From Marinilabiliaceae bacterium (lineage in GTDB: Bacteria; Bacteroidota; Bacteroidia; Bacteroidales; Marinilabiliaceae), in the NCBI GenBank assembly GCA_037439945.1, contig JBBIVA010000004.1:1309-65308 (forward strand): DNA of 64,000 bases. The letters are read 5' to 3'. This document shows, one piece after another, positions 9,852 through 20,191 of the stretch. The notes beneath the pieces are model-generated. The model did not search any database, had not been told where the DNA came from, and saw nothing but the letters and a program-made list of their open reading frames with translations. Numbering within the stretch: position 1 is the first letter of the stretch; every line of letters starts with the position of its first letter. Position numbers and translations under genes: made by a program.

Positions 9852-11387
9852 GTGCTAAAGAAACTTCGATTTATACATAAATGGCCCGGTATAATCCTGG
9901 CATTTTTTTTAATACTTTTTTCCCTATCGGGTATTGTACTGAACCATCGCAATTGGTTTTCGGCTGTTGATATTTCGCGAAAATTATTACCGCCCGGTTA
10001 CCAATATTCGAACTGGAACATGGCATCGATAAAAGGGGCCGAAAAACTTACAGATAAAGATTACATTATATATGGTAATACAGGTGTTTGGCTAACCAAT
10101 GATTCGTTAAACCGGTTTATTGATCTAAACCAGGGTTTTCCTTCAGGCATTGATAACCGGAAGATTGAAAAGATTTTACTTACTACAAAAGGTGATCTGC
10201 TTGCAGGTACACTATTTGGCCTTTACAAATATTCGGGGGGAAATTGGGAAAAACTTAATTTACCAGATCCTGACACCCGAATCACCGACCTGAGTGAATG
10301 TGATGGTAATATATATATTCTAACCAGGTCAAATATTATTAAATCAAATAATTTGACCGAATTTGAAATTATCGCTCTGCCGGCACCTGAAAATGCTAAT
10401 GAAAAAGTAAGTCTGTTCAGGACATTATGGACATTGCATAGTGGAGAACTTTTTGGTTTATGGGGAAAAATAATTGTTGATTTACTGGCCTTGGTATTAA
10501 TATTTTTAACAATTACAGGATTGTTGCACTGGTTATTTCCGAAATGGATTAAATTCAGAAAAAAAAGGAAAAACGGTATTGAGTCACATAAAAAGGCGAT
10601 GATTAAAAATCTGCTTCTTCACAATAAGGTTGGATATATTACAGTTATACTTTTATTAATTACGGTACTTACAGGTGTTTTTTTAAGACCTCCTCTGTTA
10701 ATTGCAATTGCCACGGCCAAGGTAAAAAAAATCCCATTTACCATTTTGGATAATCCCAATTTCTGGAATGATAAATTGCGAAGGATTATACAAAAAAGTA
10801 ACAACGACTTTATTATTTCAACATCTGATGGCTTTTTTTATTTTGACAAAACCCTTACAAAAAGACCGGTTCAATTTACCTTTCAGCCACCTGTAAGTAT
10901 TATGGGATGCACAGTTCTGGAGTTTCATCCTGTAAAAGAAAATACTCTTTTAACAGGTTCATTTTCGGGGTTTTTTGAATGGGACTTAACCACCGGTAAT
11001 ATAATTAATGCTGTAACAAATGAACCATATTTAGATAACAAAAAAGTTTCATCACCATTATCACCAAATTTGGTTTCGGGATATATAAAAACCTCATCGG
11101 TTGAATATTTATATGATTACCGGCATGGATTGGACAAACTGCAAGGAAACCACATTCCTTCGGCCATGCCGGAAAAAATATTAAAATCATCGCCCATTTC
11201 ATTGTGGAATGTTGCATTGGAAATTCATACCGGGAGAATTTTTGAGCATTTAACCGGACCTTTTTATATTTTATATATTCCGCTTACCGGTTTGTTATTA
11301 ATACTTATTCTGGTGAGCGGTACAATTGTTTGGTGGAAAGTATTCAAGGGAAAAAGAGTGTTGAATAACAGCAGTTTAACCAAATAA
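9852..11387 (+). CDS. PepSY-associated TM helix domain protein
   Basis: 511 aa. N-terminus LRFIHKWPGIILAFFLILFSLSGIVLNHR, and a C-terminal TM helix preceded by EIHTGRIF. GTG start. Confidence 0.75.
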   Translation: MLKKLRFIHKWPGIILAFFLILFSLSGIVLNHRNWFSAVDISRKLLPPGYQYSNWNMASIKGAEKLTDKDYIIYGNTGVWLTNDSLNRFIDLNQGFPSGIDNRKIEKILLTTKGDLLAGTLFGLYKYSGGNWEKLNLPDPDTRITDLSECDGNIYILTRSNIIKSNNLTEFEIIALPAPENANEKVSLFRTLWTLHSGELFGLWGKIIVDLLALVLIFLTITGLLHWLFPKWIKFRKKRKNGIESHKKAMIKNLLLHNKVGYITVILLLITVLTGVFLRPPLLIAIATAKVKKIPFTILDNPNFWNDKLRRIIQKSNNDFIISTSDGFFYFDKTLTKRPVQFTFQPPVSIMGCTVLEFHPVKENTLLTGSFSGFFEWDLTTGNIINAVTNEPYLDNKKVSSPLSPNLVSGYIKTSSVEYLYDYRHGLDKLQGNHIPSAMPEKILKSSPISLWNVALEIHTGRIFEHLTGPFYILYIPLTGLLLILILVSGTIVWWKVFKGKRVLNNSSLTK

Positions 11388-11471
11388 TAAAAAAAAACAA
11401 CCCTAAATGTTTTGTTTGATTAAAAAAACTTATCTTTATACATTATTTTTTAATAAATTAAATGCCTTAAA

Positions 11472-11864
11472 ATGAACATTTTTGTAGGAAGTTTGCCTTT
11501 TCGTTTGGAAGAAACGGAATTAAAGGAATTATTTGAAGAATACGGTGAAGTGGTATCAGCCAAAATTATCACTGACAAATTCTCAGGCAGAAGTAAGGGT
11601 TTTGGTTTTGTTGAAATGCCCAATGATGAAGAAGCTCAAAGAGCTATTGATGGTTTGAATAGCACAGAAATTGGTGGACGTACCATTGTTGTAAACAAAT
11701 CAGAAGAAAAAAAAGATTCTGACAGAAAAAGGTCTTTTGGTGGTGGCGGTCGTAGCGGAGGCAGAGACGGCGGATATAACAGAAGCGGAGGCGGTTATGG
11801 AAGCCGTGATGGTAACAGAAGAAATGATGGCGGAAGCAGAGGCGGCAACAGAAAAGAATACTAG
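11472..11864 (+). CDS. RRM-domain RNA-binding protein with RGG-rich tail
   Basis: 130 aa. RNP motifs IFVGSLPF and KGFGFVEM. C-terminus is Gly/Arg rich. Confidence 0.9.
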   Translation: MNIFVGSLPFRLEETELKELFEEYGEVVSAKIITDKFSGRSKGFGFVEMPNDEEAQRAIDGLNSTEIGGRTIVVNKSEEKKDSDRKRSFGGGGRSGGRDGGYNRSGGGYGSRDGNRRNDGGSRGGNRKEY

Positions 11865-11920
11865 AAAGGTTTTAAAAGGCCAAGACCTATAAGTATCTTA
11901 AAATCATTTATTCTCTCGAT

Positions 11921-11962
11921 AAAAGCAGGACCCTGGGCCTTTCCGGAGTCCTGCTTTACATT
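11921..11962 (+). terminator. putative terminator after the RRM gene
   Basis: 10-bp arms AAAGCAGGAC and GTCCTGCTTT. The T tail is weak. Confidence 0.5.
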
Positions 11963-12322
11963 TAATCCACAGGGGAATCGTACTGCAAAAACCCAAACGG
12001 TTAATATAATTCAGATAAAACCACTTTAAATTTGCACAAAAACCTTTAACCGTGAATTAAGGAATTTTATCATTACTCCGGTTTTAAAAGGCCGGGAATT
12101 TATTTATTCATCGGGGTAAACGGAAAACCTACAGCTTATCATATACCCATAGATCGTTAGAATTTTAGAATATTAGATTGTAGAAAAAAAAAGGTTCTTG
12201 ATTTTAAGCATTATTCAAGTTCAACGAGTACGTTTGCATGCACTTGTAAATCAAACAAATAAAAAAGTTTAGCGAACTATTACATTTATAAACCGGATAA
12301 ATAAAAGGAGGTAATTCAAAAG

Positions 12323-13222
12323 TTAATTGCATCGTTCACACGATTCGTTTTCAAACTCAATTGATATTGTTGAGTGGTCAATACCAAAACGGTTTATGGT
12401 ATTTTTTGCTTCATTTCTAATGCTTATTTGCTGTTCGCGCAGGATATCATTTTTTACTACCAAATGAAGGCTTAAAATATGGTAAACCCCATCCATGCTC
12501 CATGAATGAATATCATGAACACCCTTTACACCATTAATTTTCAGTAAATCTTCCTGCAAACCATCAGAATCAAAGTCGTTTGGAGTTGACTGCAAAAATA
12601 CCAATAAAACAGCCCTCAAATTTCCCAATACGTTATATAATATAAAAGCAGCAACCAGAACAGATAAAAGCGGGTCAATCCAAAACCAGTTTGTATATCC
12701 AATTATAATACTTCCAAGCAAAACAGCTACCCAGCCTAAAACATCCTCGAGTAAATGAAGCATAACTGCCCGGTTGTTTAACGACTCATCACCTCCTTTA
12801 AGACGCAAAACTGCCAAACCGTTAAATAAAATTCCAAGTATTGCCATCCACATCATACCTGTTGATTTTACCTCCTGGGGAGTAAAAAACCTTGGTATAG
12901 CCTCGTAAAGAATAACTACACTTCCCGATATAAGGATAATACTTGTAATTAGTGCACCCAGGGTTGAAAACCGTTTATATCCATAGGAATACTGCCTGTT
13001 GCGGCCACGCTGGGAAATTTGTTCGAGCCATAATGCACTGCCAATGGCAATAGTATCACCTAAATCGTGAACCGCATCAGACAAAATAGCAACCGAATTA
13101 GTGAAAAATCCCCCGATTAATTCAATTATTGTAAAAATAAAATTAAGCAAAAAAGCAACTTTCAGACGGTTACGCAAACGTTTATCGGAGGTATTATTAT
13201 GGGCTGTTTTACTATTGTCCAT
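12323..13222 (-). CDS. cation diffusion facilitator family transporter
   Basis: 299 aa. ILSDAVHDLGD and HLLEDVLGW motifs, six TM segments and a C-terminal cytoplasmic domain. Confidence 0.9.
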   Translation of the reverse strand: MDNSKTAHNNTSDKRLRNRLKVAFLLNFIFTIIELIGGFFTNSVAILSDAVHDLGDTIAIGSALWLEQISQRGRNRQYSYGYKRFSTLGALITSIILISGSVVILYEAIPRFFTPQEVKSTGMMWMAILGILFNGLAVLRLKGGDESLNNRAVMLHLLEDVLGWVAVLLGSIIIGYTNWFWIDPLLSVLVAAFILYNVLGNLRAVLLVFLQSTPNDFDSDGLQEDLLKINGVKGVHDIHSWSMDGVYHILSLHLVVKNDILREQQISIRNEAKNTINRFGIDHSTISIEFENESCERCN

Positions 13223-13456
13223 TTATATAATTTAAATTCTAAAATTAAATTCTGACCTGATAATATTGTTTAATGCTGAAACAACCACAAATCTATAATG
13301 TTTGGTAGTTCAGTTATTAATTCTCAAAAATGATTTTAAAATCACTATAAACCGACTAAAACGTAATTTTGTTCTTTTTTTCTCAAAACTACCTGATCAG
13401 TTATTACATTTTCATTTATTAAAGCCACACCCTATTATTTTGACAGGTTAAACGGG

Positions 13457-15568
13457 TTGGTTACAAAAGAGTTAATTAGTGAAATTGGTGAATTGGGTTC
13501 TGGACTAAGCATTACTAAAACATATTTTTACGATGACCGGTACCGTGTTATCCAGACTACCGAGACCAATAACAATTGTAATGATGTTTCTAGCAATAAG
13601 TATGATTTTAGTGGTAAAGTTCTACAAACTCGTCGGTATTTAAAAGCAGATTATGAAATAAGCATAAACAAATACTTTGCTTATGATCATGCCGGCAGAT
13701 TGCTCACGGTAGAACAACAAATAGACGGAGACGCAATTAATGGGCGTGTAATATTATCGAAGCACGATTACAACGAAATGGGCCAGCTAAAGCAGAAGCA
13801 TTTGCATAAAACCACTGATATGAGTGGTTATTTGCAAACAGTTGACTATAATTATAATATTCGTTCGTGGATAACATCCATAAACAATCCTGATGCTCCC
13901 GGAAATGACCTGTTTGGAATGAAATTGTATTACAATTACCTGCCGGATTTGGTAAATCCCCAAAATGGAGTTTCATTGCAATATAATGGCAATATTTCGG
14001 CGCAAACCTGGATGAATAACGATAAAAGGGGTAATCTTTATACATATGATGCATTAAACAGACTAACTTCCAACGTTGATTTATTACCCCAATCAAGCCA
14101 ATGGTCAACATCCAACCGAAACAGGGAGTATGGCATAAATTATGATTTAAACGGGAATATTCTGAGATTGCAAAGAACCAACAATGTTGGTATTATTATA
14201 GACAATCTAACCTATAACGGTTACGGTTTAAATGGTAATAAAATAACATCAGTTACCGATGCCAGTAATAATTGGCAGGGGTACAGGAGTAAAGGTTCCT
14301 ATTCATATGACCAAAACGGCAACATGAAATCTGATGGAGCCAGTCAATATTCATATAATTTATTAAATTTGTTATCAAAAGCAAAAGTTAATATGGAGGA
14401 CTATCATTATATCTATGATGCTAAAGGGCGTAAGTTAATGAAGGCATACGACAATTGGATAGATAACGATATAAATGGTTATACACGATATTATAATAAT
14501 GGCATAGAATCTATATATACCTCTGAGAGTATAGACCGTTTGTTTGATTTAGTTCACCACGATGAAGGAGTAGTAAAAGTAATATATGAAAACTGGGTGC
14601 CAAAATACTCTTATGAGTACTATTTAAAAGACCACCTGGGCAATACCCGTGGAATGTTTAAGCGAGGCAGTGGTGAAACGGCCATAGCATTACAGCGCTC
14701 CGATTATTATCCATTTGGGTTACGCACTGTACCCTACAACCCCGAGAACGACAACAAATACCTTTACAACGGTAAAGAGTTACAGGATGAAACAGGTTGG
14801 TTAGATTACGGATGGAGAATGTATGATTCTCAGTTGGGTCGATGGCACTGGGTGGACCCGATGGCGGAAAAGTATTATCCATTATCTCCAAATGCCTATG
14901 TAAATAATAATCCCATTCGTTTTATTGATCCGGATGGAAATAAAATAGTAGATTCAAACGGTAATACAATTTATACTAAAGATGATGGATGGTCAGACAA
15001 TGCTTCAGAAGATGCAAAATTCGTTGCTGCTGTAATGGGGATTTCTATGGTAGGAAGAACTCATTTTAATAAAATGGTTGAATCAGATATTCCTATTGAA
15101 TTGGTTATCAATAGAACTGACATAAGTGGATCTTTGGGATCTAATATGATAACGAAAGGAATAGATCTTAAGCCAACACATTCAAAAATTACAATTTTCA
15201 TGAAACGTGTTGAAGAACATCTAAATAAAGATAAAAACACAAACAAGCCCTATACAGGTTTACATTCTGGAGTTTTTAACAGAATGAAACGTAATAAGTT
15301 TTCAATTATTGAACTAATAGCCGCAATTTGTTCACATGAATTTGGTCACCTAGATAATCCACTAGCTAATTTTAGCTTTCATAATGATGAACTTTTGATG
15401 GAAGAAATTGCTGATTACTATATGTATAAAGCCATTAGTTCAATAATAGAGAATAGAGTTGAAAAAAAGGAAACAGTTGGAATAATTGGAATAATTGAAA
15501 CTAATAAATTAGAAAATGAAAAAAATAATAGGAAACCTATATACCAAGAAGATAGCCCCAATGAATAA
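13457..15568 (+). CDS. RHS repeat-associated core protein, 5'-truncated, with C-terminal HExxH toxin module
   Basis: YD-type repeats ([24 protein letters not shown]). Core end is YYPFGL...[29 protein letters not shown] 209-aa tail follows from 14939, with HEFGH at 15335-15349. The frame is open back to 13397 and encodes YD-like [10 protein letters not shown], but has no ATG/GTG/TTG before TTG 13457. No N-terminal domain or signal is present. Confidence 0.8.
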   Translation: MVTKELISEIGELGSGLSITKTYFYDDRYRVIQTTETNNNCNDVSSNKYDFSGKVLQTRRYLKADYEISINKYFAYDHAGRLLTVEQQIDGDAINGRVILSKHDYNEMGQLKQKHLHKTTDMSGYLQTVDYNYNIRSWITSINNPDAPGNDLFGMKLYYNYLPDLVNPQNGVSLQYNGNISAQTWMNNDKRGNLYTYDALNRLTSNVDLLPQSSQWSTSNRNREYGINYDLNGNILRLQRTNNVGIIIDNLTYNGYGLNGNKITSVTDASNNWQGYRSKGSYSYDQNGNMKSDGASQYSYNLLNLLSKAKVNMEDYHYIYDAKGRKLMKAYDNWIDNDINGYTRYYNNGIESIYTSESIDRLFDLVHHDEGVVKVIYENWVPKYSYEYYLKDHLGNTRGMFKRGSGETAIALQRSDYYPFGLRTVPYNPENDNKYLYNGKELQDETGWLDYGWRMYDSQLGRWHWVDPMAEKYYPLSPNAYVNNNPIRFIDPDGNKIVDSNGNTIYTKDDGWSDNASEDAKFVAAVMGISMVGRTHFNKMVESDIPIELVINRTDISGSLGSNMITKGIDLKPTHSKITIFMKRVEEHLNKDKNTNKPYTGLHSGVFNRMKRNKFSIIELIAAICSHEFGHLDNPLANFSFHNDELLMEEIADYYMYKAISSIIENRVEKKETVGIIGIIETNKLENEKNNRKPIYQEDSPNE

Positions 15569-15998
15569 AAAATATTTTTTCTTTATTTCTTTTTTGTTTT
15601 GTTCTATATTGTTAAATGCTCAATTTGAGGAAAGCGAGAAAGAAAAGTTCAAACAATTGAATAAGTTTTTATTTGAAAAAGGAATATTAAAAGAGGAGAA
15701 TATTCCTGACAACGAAATATTCAACTATGTTTTCACAAGAAATCTGATTAAATCAAATTATCAGATTAATTTTAAAATTATTGGGTTTAAATTAAAAGAC
15801 TGTATGGATTGTCAATACTTTATCTGTATTGAAAGTGGTTCTGGTTTTGAAATTTTTGAATTATGCAATATTGGCCCTTTTTATTCAAGTTTATTTTGCC
15901 ATCTTGAAAAAAATCCAAATCTAACTAAAACGCAGATTATAAGATTTTTAAAGGATGTTTCTTATGAAATAGAAATTTTAATTCAACTCCCGCTATGA
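15561..15998 (+). CDS. putative secreted immunity protein for the RHS toxin module
   Basis: ATG 15561 overlaps the RHS stop (ATGAATAA). Predicted signal peptide [21 protein letters not shown]. Small, with no recognisable motif. The call rests on position. Confidence 0.55.
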   Translation: MNKKYFFFISFLFCSILLNAQFEESEKEKFKQLNKFLFEKGILKEENIPDNEIFNYVFTRNLIKSNYQINFKIIGFKLKDCMDCQYFICIESGSGFEIFELCNIGPFYSSLFCHLEKNPNLTKTQIIRFLKDVSYEIEILIQLPL

Positions 15999-16103
15999 GG
16001 AGATTGCGCAGCAAATACCCAGCTCGGCGTAATTTCTTTGCAAGCAAAGCGGCATAGCCGAGCGGCTGATAAACAAGCGTACTTAAAGAAAGATAAATAT
16101 AAC

Positions 16104-16129
16104 GCCCGGCGTTGTCCGGGCATTTTTTA
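16104..16129 (+). terminator. GC-rich intrinsic terminator hairpin
   Basis: GCCCGG-CGTTGT-CCGGGC followed by ATTTTTTAT. It also lies just 3' of the minus-strand XRE-like ORF stop at 16127. Confidence 0.6.
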
Positions 16130-16547
16130 TAAGCTCCAATTTATTTTACCGTCCAGCAAATCTTTCATACGTTTTTTGGTAAGCATCGAGTTTGTAATCT
16201 TAAAGAGGGCATTCTTCTCGTCCTCGTCAAGCTGATTAATGAGCATAAGCTGCTCGTTGAGTTCGTGGTTCTGAAGCTCTACCACGGAGTTTTCGCTGTC
16301 GTTCAAAAGGTTGTCGGCACTCACGGCAAACACCTTCACCCGTTCGCGCCGATTTATAATCGGGGCAAAGACGAAGCCAGAATGGTAAGATTGTTGAATG
16401 TGGAAAACCATATGTTTGGCATATTTTTTTGTAACTAAGGGCGGTTTTAGGCACGAGTTGCAAACTCGCGGCAACGGATAATTCAATGGTTGTGTTACGG
16501 GATTTACCTCGTACACCTGATTTTATTGATGCAAATACAAAATACAC
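16127..16547 (-). pseudogene. XRE-family HTH regulator, apparently frameshifted
   Basis: Two overlapping minus-strand frames. One gives TALSYKKICQTYGFPHSTI (HTH-like). The other gives RERVKVFAVSADNLL followed by LINQLDEDEKNALFKITNSMLTKKRMKDLL. Neither frame alone encodes a complete HTH domain. Confidence 0.4.
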
Positions 16548-16690
16548 AGGAGAATACGGCTAGGCAGGCAAAACGTTTAATTAACAATTTTACATTAGTT
16601 ATCAAATGGTTATAGCATCGAAAAAATCATTTTTACGTTAAACTAATTACCGAAATCTGGGAAAGGCCATCCTTAAGTGATAATGATAAA

Positions 16691-16744
16691 AATCGCATTT
16701 CTTCACCTTTGGTTTTATAATTCCCCATGGTTAGAAATGCGATT
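16691..16744 (-). terminator. possible long-loop terminator downstream of the DUF4861 gene
   Basis: 12-bp arms AATCGCATTTCT and AGAAATGCGATT with a 30-nt loop. A T run follows on the minus strand. Confidence 0.35.
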
Positions 16745-16845
16745 AATATTAAAAAATATCTGTTCATTAAATAAAAAAATGGTGCTAACGGCCTGAAAAT
16801 ATTATTCAAACAGAAAGTAACAAAAAGGAGATTATATAATTAACC

Positions 16846-18081
16846 TTACTTTTTTACCCAGCCTGCCTCATCAAACTTCAGGGAAGCTTTTTCTAACATT
16901 TCTTTAAAATATTCTTCACTTTCAAAACCTGGATCCTGGAGTTCCCACCCGGCAAAAAATGCGTATCGGGCTGCATTCCTGTCGTCAAGCTTAATTGCTG
17001 CAAGATGGGTTTGAATAATTCCCTCCCCTGCTACCGGTGCTGCCTTGTAATGACTAAACATTGACGCTGGTATTAACAAACCCAATCCCAACTTTTCACC
17101 ATCAAAAGCCTGATTGCCAAAAGTACCTGAAATTTTTATCCCTGCCGATTCAATTTCCATCTGAGGCAAACCATGCAAATCAACAATACCTGTATAAAGT
17201 ACTTCATCCCCCATTAAATCATTTACCCATACTTCACTTCTATAAAAATGCTCCCCTGCATATATTGAAATCCTGTGCGTGATATCATAATTACGTTCGC
17301 CGGCCTGGACATCATTAAATGATAATTCAAAAATTGCCCTTACAGGACCTTCACAAATGAACTTATAGGTACCAAGCCCGGCCGTGCCAATGCGGTATAT
17401 TTCGTCACCTATACCTAATGCAATTGCTCCTGCCCCAAGTGAATTACCAACTTTAAGAATATCCATTCCCCATGCGTCCAACTTATGATAATCCTGTCCA
17501 CGTATTCCGGCACTGTCAAGTACCGGCCTCTTAACCCTTTTACCAAAAATATCAATACCGTTGCGGGCATCATAATAATTCCTAAAACCGAGTACATCAT
17601 TTTCCCATGCCGGGCCTTCCATTTGAAAGATTTTAGAAATTGTAGGGCTGTCATTACTTTTTAATCTCAATTCGGATTCAACCTCATCAAAAGGCTCATT
17701 TTTGTAACCGAAACGAATATTTGTTATTTTTTCAAAACCAGGCATTTTTGTTTCAGGTACCGAATTGAATGAAAACTTTAAGGTTTGGTTCTTTTCAAAG
17801 GACGATACAAACACAATTTCATCCCATTCTCCATCCCCATCCAAATCATCGCATTGTGAAACTGCCACCCTACCCAAATTATCTGTAACCATAACCCGGG
17901 TATCTATTGATTGATTGCCTTTAATTATGGGCCCAACAACGGACCGGTTTAAAGTAATAACCTTGCCGGCAACCATTTCGTTATGCGGATTGGTGATTTC
18001 AACAGTTGGCACACCGGTTGGTGTACATGATACCACCAAAAATGCTAAGGCAATTAGTGCCACTAAAATTTTTAGCTTCAT
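16846..18081 (-). CDS. DUF4861-like lipoprotein (pectin-locus associated, function unknown)
   Basis: 411 aa with lipobox LVVSC. EGPAWENDVLGFRNYYDARNGIDIFGK is paralogous to EGPGWESDKVGYRFYLDWRNANDVFGK in 38769-40037. Confidence 0.7.
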   Translation of the reverse strand: MKLKILVALIALAFLVVSCTPTGVPTVEITNPHNEMVAGKVITLNRSVVGPIIKGNQSIDTRVMVTDNLGRVAVSQCDDLDGDGEWDEIVFVSSFEKNQTLKFSFNSVPETKMPGFEKITNIRFGYKNEPFDEVESELRLKSNDSPTISKIFQMEGPAWENDVLGFRNYYDARNGIDIFGKRVKRPVLDSAGIRGQDYHKLDAWGMDILKVGNSLGAGAIALGIGDEIYRIGTAGLGTYKFICEGPVRAIFELSFNDVQAGERNYDITHRISIYAGEHFYRSEVWVNDLMGDEVLYTGIVDLHGLPQMEIESAGIKISGTFGNQAFDGEKLGLGLLIPASMFSHYKAAPVAGEGIIQTHLAAIKLDDRNAARYAFFAGWELQDPGFESEEYFKEMLEKASLKFDEAGWVKK

Positions 18082-18170
18082 ATGTAAATTATTTATAAAA
18101 TGTTAGTTTTTAGATGTTAGTCCATATCTGGTAGCTCTTACCTGTTAGCTGTGGCTGGTATTTTAAATCG

Positions 18171-18971
18171 CTAAATATCGTTTTCTCCTTTAACGTAACC
18201 AAAGTTAGCCAAAATACCTCCATCAACATAAAGTATATGGCCATTAACAAAATCACTGGCTTTTGATGCAAGGAACAGTGCTGCATTACCAACATCTTCT
18301 GGTTCGCCCCAACGTCCGGCAGGGGTCCTTGTCATTACAAGATCGTTAAACGGATGGTTGCCTTCACGTATAGGTGCAGTTTGAGCGGTGGCAATATAGC
18401 CGGGCCCGATACCATTAACCTGAAGATTATATTTTGCCCACTCACATGTCATATTTGAAGTCAGGAGCTTTAACCCACCCTTAGCCGATGCATAGGCCGA
18501 AACTGAATTACGCCCATAAACGCTCATCATTGAGCACATATTGATAATTTTTCCGGCACGTTTCTCAATCATTTTTGGAGCAACTCTTTTGGCCACAATA
18601 AGCGGAGCTATTAAATCAACATCAATAACCTGTTTGAAATCAGACAAAGGCATATCAAGTATTGGAATTCTTTTAATAATTCCTGCGTTGTTAACCAAAA
18701 TATCAATGCTTCCAACTTCTTTTTCAATTAAGGAGATACCTTTATCAACATCGGCTTCATTTGTTACATCAAATAGAAGGGTAAAAACATCAATACCAAA
18801 ATTGGCATATTCTTTTTTACATTCATCAAGACGCTCTTGCGATAAATCGTTGACACATATTTTAGCGCCTGCTTTGCCAAGCACTTTCCCAATAGCCATA
18901 CCAATTCCGTGTGTACCACCGGTAATTAGGGCTACTTTTCCTGATAGGTTAAACAAATCATTAATTATCAT
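18171..18971 (-). CDS. kduD: SDR oxidoreductase of the gluconate 5-dehydrogenase / KduD type
   Basis: 266 aa. DLFNLSGKVALITGGTHGIG, NNAG and YASAKGG, closely IdnO/KduD-like. Lies in an operon with kduI and kdgF. Confidence 0.8.
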   Translation of the reverse strand: MIINDLFNLSGKVALITGGTHGIGMAIGKVLGKAGAKICVNDLSQERLDECKKEYANFGIDVFTLLFDVTNEADVDKGISLIEKEVGSIDILVNNAGIIKRIPILDMPLSDFKQVIDVDLIAPLIVAKRVAPKMIEKRAGKIINMCSMMSVYGRNSVSAYASAKGGLKLLTSNMTCEWAKYNLQVNGIGPGYIATAQTAPIREGNHPFNDLVMTRTPAGRWGEPEDVGNAALFLASKASDFVNGHILYVDGGILANFGYVKGENDI

Positions 18972-18981
18972 TACAATATAT

Positions 18982-19329
18982 TTATATTAAAAATTCTTTT
19001 CTCAAAGGAGTAAAACAATCAACTATTCTAACGTGTTTTGTTAATCTCTGAATTGAATGCGGTACATCAGAAGGCATACCAAACATGTCGCCTTTTTTCA
19101 GGTGCACGGGTAATTCATTTCCCGAAAATAGTAATACTTCACCTTCAGCCAAAAACGAAACCTGTTCGTGTATGTGGTTGTGCATTGGGTCGGGAGAATT
19201 TGTTGGGCCATCATAAAAATCAACAACAACAAGCATTAGATTATCTGTATTTATAATGCGCCGTTCAATATTCTCAGCAATTTTTGTCACCCCAGCTTCA
19301 TCATATTTTTTGTAAAAACCTTTAAGCAT
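18982..19329 (-). CDS. kdgF: cupin KdgF-like protein (unsaturated uronate linearisation)
   Basis: 115 aa cupin. NLMLVVVDF...HNHIHEQVSFLAEGE...GD.F..P..VPH...DCFTPLR matches the KdgF pattern. Sits between kduI and kduD. Confidence 0.75.
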   Translation of the reverse strand: MLKGFYKKYDEAGVTKIAENIERRIINTDNLMLVVVDFYDGPTNSPDPMHNHIHEQVSFLAEGEVLLFSGNELPVHLKKGDMFGMPSDVPHSIQRLTKHVRIVDCFTPLRKEFLI

Positions 19330-19331
19330 AA

Positions 19332-20168
19332 CTATTTAAGTTCAGATGGTTTACGGGTATCCATATCTCCATAATCGAGGTTTTCACCTGCCATACCCCA
19401 AATAAATGTATAATTTGATGTCCCTGCTGCGCTGTGTATACTCCATGATGGAGATAGTACTGCCTCTTCGTTTTTCATCCATATATGACGTGTTTCATGT
19501 GGCTGGCCCATAAAATGGCAAACAACCTGGTTTTCGGGCACTTCAAAATAAAAATATGCTTCCATACGTCTGTTATGTGTATGAGGAGGCATTGTATTCC
19601 AAACACTGCCGGTTTTCAGCTCTGTCATCCCCATTTGAAGCTGGCAGGTTTCCACTACACTGTTAACCAAAAGTTTGTTAATTTGCCGGTGATTTGCTGT
19701 TTCAAGCGAGCCCATTACCACAACCTCAGCCTCGGCCAGCGTTACTTTTTTATTAGGAAATTGCTTATGTGCCGGAGCAGAGTTTATATATAACCTGGCA
19801 GGATTACTATCACTTTCAGAAAATAAATAAACATCCTTATTCCCGCTACCAAGGTAAAGCGCTTCCTTATAACCAAGTTTGTATTCGTTGCCATCGGCTT
19901 TTATAATTGCCGGTCCACCAACATTGATAAAACCTATTTCTCTTCTTTGCAGAAAATACTGAGCTTTTAGCTCTTCAAACGGTTCAAGATGGATTCCTTT
20001 TATTGTTGGCATTGCACCACCAACAATAAACCTGTCGTACATTGAGTAAACTACTTTTATCTCTCCCGACTTGAACATCTCTTCAATTAAAAAATCCTGA
20101 CGTAACCGTTCTGTGCCATAACTTTTTGCATCGGCCGGATGTGCCGCATACCTTAATTCCCATTTCAT
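19332..20168 (-). CDS. kduI: 5-dehydro-4-deoxy-D-glucuronate isomerase
   Basis: 278 aa. N-terminus LRYAAHPADAKSYGTERLRQDFLIE and cupin core PPHTHNRRMEAYFYF. Confidence 0.95.
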   Translation of the reverse strand: MKWELRYAAHPADAKSYGTERLRQDFLIEEMFKSGEIKVVYSMYDRFIVGGAMPTIKGIHLEPFEELKAQYFLQRREIGFINVGGPAIIKADGNEYKLGYKEALYLGSGNKDVYLFSESDSNPARLYINSAPAHKQFPNKKVTLAEAEVVVMGSLETANHRQINKLLVNSVVETCQLQMGMTELKTGSVWNTMPPHTHNRRMEAYFYFEVPENQVVCHFMGQPHETRHIWMKNEEAVLSPSWSIHSAAGTSNYTFIWGMAGENLDYGDMDTRKPSELK

Positions 20169-20191
20169 ATCTTCTTAGTTTTAAATGGTTT

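Noticed and set aside
15975-16000. TTCAACTCC string resembling a tRNA T-loop (possible att site)
   Set aside because: It has no flanking T-stem or acceptor-stem complementarity, and it is simply the last codons (IQLPL) of the immunity-candidate gene.
16038-16235. 65-aa plus-strand ORF with a non-ATG start
   Set aside because: It crosses the terminator hairpin and overlaps the better-supported minus-strand XRE-like frames. It ends in a poly-Ser run.
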